A DNA stretch of 32,000 nucleotides. Origin: Candidatus Karelsulcia muelleri PSPU (GTDB lineage: Bacteria > Bacteroidota > Bacteroidia > Flavobacteriales > Blattabacteriaceae). The notes beneath the pieces were generated by a model. That model saw nothing but the letters and a program-made list of their open reading frames with translations, was not told where the DNA came from and ran no database searches. Positions 27,011-32,000 of the stretch are shown here, in pieces; position 1 is the first letter of the stretch; each line of letters opens with the position of its first letter. Position numbers and translations under genes: made by a program. The stretch spans positions 30,001-62,000 of the forward strand of contig NZ_AP013293.1 of the NCBI RefSeq assembly GCF_000829155.1, in the 5' to 3' direction.

Positions 27011-28420
27011 TTATTTAATTGGATTATTTTTTAGATATTCTGTAATATTAACAATTTTACCTTCAATAGCTGTAATTGCTGCAACTAAAGGACTAGCTAA
27101 CAAAGTACGTGCTCCTTTTCCTTGACGTCCTTCAAAATTTCTATTTGATGTAGATAAACAATATTCACCATAAGGAATTTTATCTTCATTCATTCCTAGA
27201 CAAGCTGAACAACCAGGTTGACGTAATTCAAATCCTGCATTTAATAAAATTAAATTAATTCCAGAATTAATAATTTTTTTATATACTTGTTTTGATCCAG
27301 GTACTACTAGAACATAAACATTATCTGCTTTTTTTTTATTTTTTATAATTTTAGAGATTAATCTAATCTCTTCTATTCTAGAATTAGTACAACTTCCAAT
27401 AAAAACATAATTTATTTTTAATCCTAATAAAGAGTTTCCTTCTCTAAATCCCATGTATTTTAAAGATTTAATTTTAATTTTTTTTTTATTTTTAATTTTT
27501 TCTATTGGAATAGTATCAGATATATTTATACACATACTTGGATTAGTTCCATATGTTATCATAGGATAAATATGATCTGAATTAAATTCATATTCTTTAT
27601 TAAAAATAGCTTTTTTATCTGTTTTCATTTTTTTACATAAAATTTTTAATTTTTTAAATTCTTTTTCTTTTGGAGAAAAAAAATTATATTTTAAATAGTT
27701 TAAAGTAGTTGCGTCGGGTTCTATTATTCCTCCTCTAGCCCCCATTTCTATACTCATGTTGCACACAGTCATTCGTTCTTCCATATTCATATTTTTAAAT
27801 ACAGATCCACTATATTCTATAAAATAACCTGTCCCTCCATCTGGACCTAATTTATATATAATATATAAAATTATATCTTTTGCAGATACTCCTAAATTTA
27901 AATTTCCTGTTAATTTTATTCGCATTTGTTTGGGTTTACTTTGTAATAAACATTGAGTAGCCATTACCATAGCAACCTGACTAGTTCCTATACCAAATGC
28001 TATACAACCAAATGCTCCATGAGTAGAAGTATGACTATCTCCACAAACTATTGTCATTCCAGGAAGAGTAATTCCAAGTTCAGGACCAATTACATGTACT
28101 ATTCCTTGAAAATCATGTTTTAATCCAAAAAATAATATTCCATTTTCATCACAATTTTTTTCTAATGTTTTTATTTGAAATTTAGAAAGAACATCTTTTA
28201 TTGGTAAATTTTGATTTTTTGTAGGAACATTATGATCTGTAGTAGCTATAATTTTATTAGATCTTAAAATTGAAATTTTTTTATTTTTTAGTTCTTCAAA
28301 TGCTTGTGGACTAGTTACTTCATGTATATAATGTCTATCAATATATAAAACATCTATTTTTTTATTTAAACTAAAAACTACATGTGATTCCCAAATTTTA
28401 TCAAAAAGGGTTTTATTCAT
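27011..28420 (-). CDS. leuC: 3-isopropylmalate dehydratase large subunit
   Basis: KTLFDKIWESHVV...DRHYIHEVTSPQAFEELK...VCGDSHTSTHGAFG...FIGSCTNSRIEE...PGCSACLGMNEDKIPYGEYCLSTSNRNFEGRQG. Confidence 0.97.
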   Translation of the reverse strand: MNKTLFDKIWESHVVFSLNKKIDVLYIDRHYIHEVTSPQAFEELKNKKISILRSNKIIATTDHNVPTKNQNLPIKDVLSKFQIKTLEKNCDENGILFFGLKHDFQGIVHVIGPELGITLPGMTIVCGDSHTSTHGAFGCIAFGIGTSQVAMVMATQCLLQSKPKQMRIKLTGNLNLGVSAKDIILYIIYKLGPDGGTGYFIEYSGSVFKNMNMEERMTVCNMSIEMGARGGIIEPDATTLNYLKYNFFSPKEKEFKKLKILCKKMKTDKKAIFNKEYEFNSDHIYPMITYGTNPSMCINISDTIPIEKIKNKKKIKIKSLKYMGFREGNSLLGLKINYVFIGSCTNSRIEEIRLISKIIKNKKKADNVYVLVVPGSKQVYKKIINSGINLILLNAGFELRQPGCSACLGMNEDKIPYGEYCLSTSNRNFEGRQGKGARTLLASPLVAAITAIEGKIVNITEYLKNNPIK

Positions 28421-29571
28421 TATTTAATATTTTTTAATATTTTTTTTAAATCTTCATCATATATTTCTTTTTTTTTATCTGCATATTTTAAATATTTATG
28501 ATATATTATATTTAATTTTGATTTATTAAATGAATAACCTAATTTTTTATAACGATAAGCTAAAGCTGAACGTCCACTTCTAGCTGTTAAGAGAATAGAT
28601 GATTTATTAACTCCTACATCTTTTGGATCAATAACTTCATAAGTTTCTCTTTTTTTTATTAATCCATCTTGATGGATTCCTGAAGAATGTGAAAAAGCAT
28701 TAGCTCCTACTATTGCTTTATTAGATTGTACAAACATACCTGTACATTCAGATACAAATTTACTTGTTTTATATAATAATTTTGTATTTATTTTTGTATA
28801 AAAATTCAATTTTTTATGTTGTTTAATTATCATTACAACTTCTTCTAAAGAAGTATTACCTGCTCTTTCTCCAATACCATTAATAGTACATTCTATTTGT
28901 TTAGCTCCATTAATTATTCCAGCTATTGAATTTGCAGTAGATAAACCCATATCATCATGACAATGAGTTGATATTGTAACTTTATCTATTGAATTAACAT
29001 TTTTTTTTAAAAATTTTATTTTTTCAGCATATTCTTCAGGTAAACAATAACCTGTAGTATCTGGGATATTAAGAACTGTTGCTCCTGCTTTTATAACAGC
29101 TTCACAAATTTTTGCTAAAAAATTATTTTCTGTACGCCCAGCATCTTCTGCATAAAATTCTACATCTTCTACAAATTTTTTTGCATATTTTACAGCTTCT
29201 ATTGCTACTTCTATTATTTTTTTAGGAGTACTATTAAATTTATATTTAATATGATATTTAGATGTTCCTATACCTGTATGTATTCTAGGATTTTTAGCAT
29301 ATTTTAATGCTGATGCGGCAACTTCTATATCTTTTTTTACAGCTCTTGAAAGACTACATATTATTGGTTTATATATATATTTACATATTTTTTCAACTGA
29401 ATTAAAATCTCCTGGACTAGAAATAGGAAAACCTGCTTCGATTATATCTACTCCCATTTTTTCTAATTTACGAGCTATTTTAATTTTTTCTGATGTGTTT
29501 AATTGACAGCCCGGAACTTGTTCTCCATCACGTAAAGTAGTATCAAATATTTGAATTCTTTTTTTTTTCAT
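28420..29571 (-). CDS. leuA: 2-isopropylmalate synthase, short form (383 aa) without C-terminal regulatory domain
   Basis: [44 protein letters not shown]...[53 protein letters not shown]. Confidence 0.93.
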   Translation of the reverse strand: MKKKRIQIFDTTLRDGEQVPGCQLNTSEKIKIARKLEKMGVDIIEAGFPISSPGDFNSVEKICKYIYKPIICSLSRAVKKDIEVAASALKYAKNPRIHTGIGTSKYHIKYKFNSTPKKIIEVAIEAVKYAKKFVEDVEFYAEDAGRTENNFLAKICEAVIKAGATVLNIPDTTGYCLPEEYAEKIKFLKKNVNSIDKVTISTHCHDDMGLSTANSIAGIINGAKQIECTINGIGERAGNTSLEEVVMIIKQHKKLNFYTKINTKLLYKTSKFVSECTGMFVQSNKAIVGANAFSHSSGIHQDGLIKKRETYEVIDPKDVGVNKSSILLTARSGRSALAYRYKKLGYSFNKSKLNIIYHKYLKYADKKKEIYDEDLKKILKNIK

Positions 29572-29936
29572 TTTTTTTAATTAAATAATTATCTAAAATA
29601 ATTGAACTAAAATAGTTTAATATAAAATTTGTAATTATAAATTTATTTGATAATGAATAATAATTAATAATATAAATTATGATTAAACAATATAATGTAA
29701 TATTTATAAAATTACAACATAGATAATAGTATATATTATTTAAAATAATTTTTGATAAAAAAAAATGTATTATATATAATATAATTTTTATTATAAATAA
29801 TAAAATATACATTTTAAATACAAAAATATTATCATTATAAAAATAATATATTATATTATAGATAAAAATATCTAATAAAAAATTAGATAATAATTTATTA
29901 ATCATAATTTTTAATTATATTTATATAAAATATATT

Positions 29937-31205
29937 ATGAAAAATTTAATTAAAGAATTATTTTGGAGAGGATTAATACATGATAGTACTTATAATGAAA
30001 AAATAAAAAATGAAATAATTACTTTATATACAGGATTTGATCCTACTTATAAATCTTTACATATAGGCAATTTAGTAGCTATAATTATGTTAATACATTT
30101 TCAAAAATATGGTCATAATATAATATCAGTTATTGGAGGTGGAACAGGAATTATTGGAGATCCATCTGGAAAAAATAGTGAAAGAAATTTAATAAAAAAA
30201 GAACTTTTAAATTATAATATAAGAAATATAAGAAAACAATTATCTTTATATATAGATTTTAACTTTAAAAAAAGTGAAATATTAAATAATTATGAATGGT
30301 TCAAAAAACATTTATTTATTGATTTTGTTAGAGATATAGGAAAAAATTTTTCAATTAATTATATGTTAACAAAAGATTCCATAAAAAAAAGAATTTCTAA
30401 TAAAAAAAGTATTTCATTTACAGAATTTACATATCAATTATTACAAGCATATGATTTTTTTTATTTATATAAAAAAAAAAAATGTTCATTGCAAATAGGA
30501 GGATCTGATCAATGGGGAAATATTACAAGTGGAATAGAACTTATAAGAAAAAAATTAGGAGTAAAAGTAAATGGATTAACATTTCCATTAATTACTAAAC
30601 TTGATGGATCAAAATTTGGAAAAACTGAAAATGGAGAAAATATCTGGATAGATCCCAATTTAACTTCTCCATATGAATTTTATCAATTTTGGATAAATAT
30701 TACTGATGATCAAGCAAAACAATATATAAAAATATATACTTTTCTTAAAAAAGAAGAAATAAAAGAAATTATTTATAATCATGAAAAAAACCCAAAATTA
30801 AAATTAATTCAAAAAACAATAGCTGATGAAATAACTATTTTTATTCATGGAAAAGAAATTTTTAATAAAGTAAAATTTATATCAAATATTCTTTTTAAAA
30901 AAGAAAAATCAATAAAAAAAATAAGTATAAATGATATTATATATATATATAAATATATTCCACATAAAAAAATATATATATATAATAATTTTAATATTCC
31001 AATATTAGATTTATTAGTAAATAAAAGTAATTTTTTAAAATCTAAAAAAAAAGCTATTAGACATTTGAAATTAAATTCAATACTTATCAATAAAAAAATT
31101 GTAGATGAAAAATTTATTTTAAAAAAAAATGATTTAATATCAGAATCATATGTTCTTTTACAAAAAGGGAAAAAAAAATTTTTTATGATTAAATTTAAAA
31201 AATAA
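29937..31205 (+). CDS. tyrS: Tyrosyl-tRNA synthetase
   Basis: LYTGFDPTYKSLHIGNLVAI...GGGTGIIGDPSGK...QIGGSDQWGNITSGIELI...FPLITKLDGSKFGKTENGENIWID. Confidence 0.97.
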   Translation: MKNLIKELFWRGLIHDSTYNEKIKNEIITLYTGFDPTYKSLHIGNLVAIIMLIHFQKYGHNIISVIGGGTGIIGDPSGKNSERNLIKKELLNYNIRNIRKQLSLYIDFNFKKSEILNNYEWFKKHLFIDFVRDIGKNFSINYMLTKDSIKKRISNKKSISFTEFTYQLLQAYDFFYLYKKKKCSLQIGGSDQWGNITSGIELIRKKLGVKVNGLTFPLITKLDGSKFGKTENGENIWIDPNLTSPYEFYQFWINITDDQAKQYIKIYTFLKKEEIKEIIYNHEKNPKLKLIQKTIADEITIFIHGKEIFNKVKFISNILFKKEKSIKKISINDIIYIYKYIPHKKIYIYNNFNIPILDLLVNKSNFLKSKKKAIRHLKLNSILINKKIVDEKFILKKNDLISESYVLLQKGKKKFFMIKFKK

Positions 31206-32000
31206 TTTTTTTTATTTTTATTAATAGTAATAAATTACTTTTTTTTTCAAAAAAAGAAGTAATTTCAATTTGAGATTTTTTTATTAATTTATTAAAACTA
31301 ATATTATTAGAACCCATAATAATTTTTTTATGTGAAAAACGTTCTACAAAAATTAAAGATCTTATATTAAGAAAATTATCTTCTTCTTTAAAGAATTCTG
31401 TTGTTATATTAACGTAATATGGTATTTCTTTATTATATAATAATAATATATTTTTTCTTATAATTTCATTTACAATAAAACGTTCAGATCTATCTGTAAT
31501 AAGATCTTTAGGATAATATGGAGGATGATAAGGTATCTTATTTATAAGAATATTTATTAATTTATTAATATTAAATTTTAATAATGCTGATATTTCTAAT
31601 ATATAGAAATCAGGATAATTTGATTTTAAATTAAAAATTTCTTTTTTTAAAATAGAATTTTTATATTTATCAATTTTATTTAATAAAATAATTGTAAATT
31701 TAAATTTATTAATATTAATTTTTTTAAAAAAAAGTTCGTTATTTTTTCCTATTTCTGTTATATATATTACTATATCGGCCTCAGTTATAGATTTTTTAAT
31801 CTTCTTTAGAAGAAGACCTGGAGTATCATAAAAAATAATTTGAGAATTATATAAATTTAATATTCCCATTATATTATTACGTGTTGTATTAGCTTTATAG
31901 GTAACTATAGAAATATTTTTTCCTATAATAGCATTAATTAATGTGGATTTTCCTACATTAGGATATCCTATAATTTTTACAAAACCAGATTTATGAATCA
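31195..32000 (-). CDS. era: GTPase Era, 5' end truncated by window edge
   Basis: ORF track gives 31195..31869 but the same frame stays open to 32000: (M)[61 protein letters not shown]...NKID; C-term KH-like region. The start codon appears to straddle the edge (only TG is in the window). Confidence 0.93.
   Translation of the reverse strand, partial: [267 protein letters not shown]

Noticed and set aside
29543-29905. 120-aa - strand ORF overlapping the leuA start
   Set aside because: Almost entirely I/Y/F/N/L low-complexity translation of AT-rich intergenic DNA; overlaps the true leuA start by 29 nt.
30845-31090. 81-aa - strand ORF inside tyrS
   Set aside because: Antisense to TyrS C-terminal region; no support.

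Overview
This window is very AT-rich, gene-dense bacterial chromosome and reads as a reduced obligate endosymbiont genome. Protein content points to Bacteroidota/Flavobacteriales (Blattabacterium/Sulcia-type relatives). The evidence is an ATP synthase cluster ordered atpB-E-F-H-A-G with no adjacent atpD/C, AtpB with an N-terminal signal-like extension and 'SHIRDSHKWHLF' segment, Ctc-type L25, DnaG with 'KDFSSGKGG', and a short LeuA. Identifiable genes are lepA (frameshifted), a delta'-like clamp-loader subunit, a U32 peptidase-family protein, a ferredoxin-like protein, glnS, mnmG, ybeY, rsmI, tRNA-Cys, a degenerate prs-like gene, L25, metG, lgt, gltX, atpG/A/H/F/E/B, dnaG, an aspartate kinase, a MarC-family protein, a SpoU/TrmH-family methyltransferase, leuB/D/C/A, tyrS and era (cut by the window edge). 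I see no CRISPR array, transposon, phage or recognisable defence system. The most unusual signals are: (1) a 15-bp tandem array of 21 copies encoding KKIND repeats inside the N-terminal region of atpB, embedded between 58-bp direct repeats; (2) an intact prs-like ORF that has lost the catalytic and PRPP-binding motifs; (3) an isolated four-tract G-quadruplex-type motif between metG and lgt; (4) a single-base frameshift in lepA; (5) ybeY and rsmI diverging with only 3 bp between start codons; (6) a 66-bp antisense overlap of the lgt and gltX 3' ends. All identifications come from reading the sequence and recalled family motifs; no searches were run.
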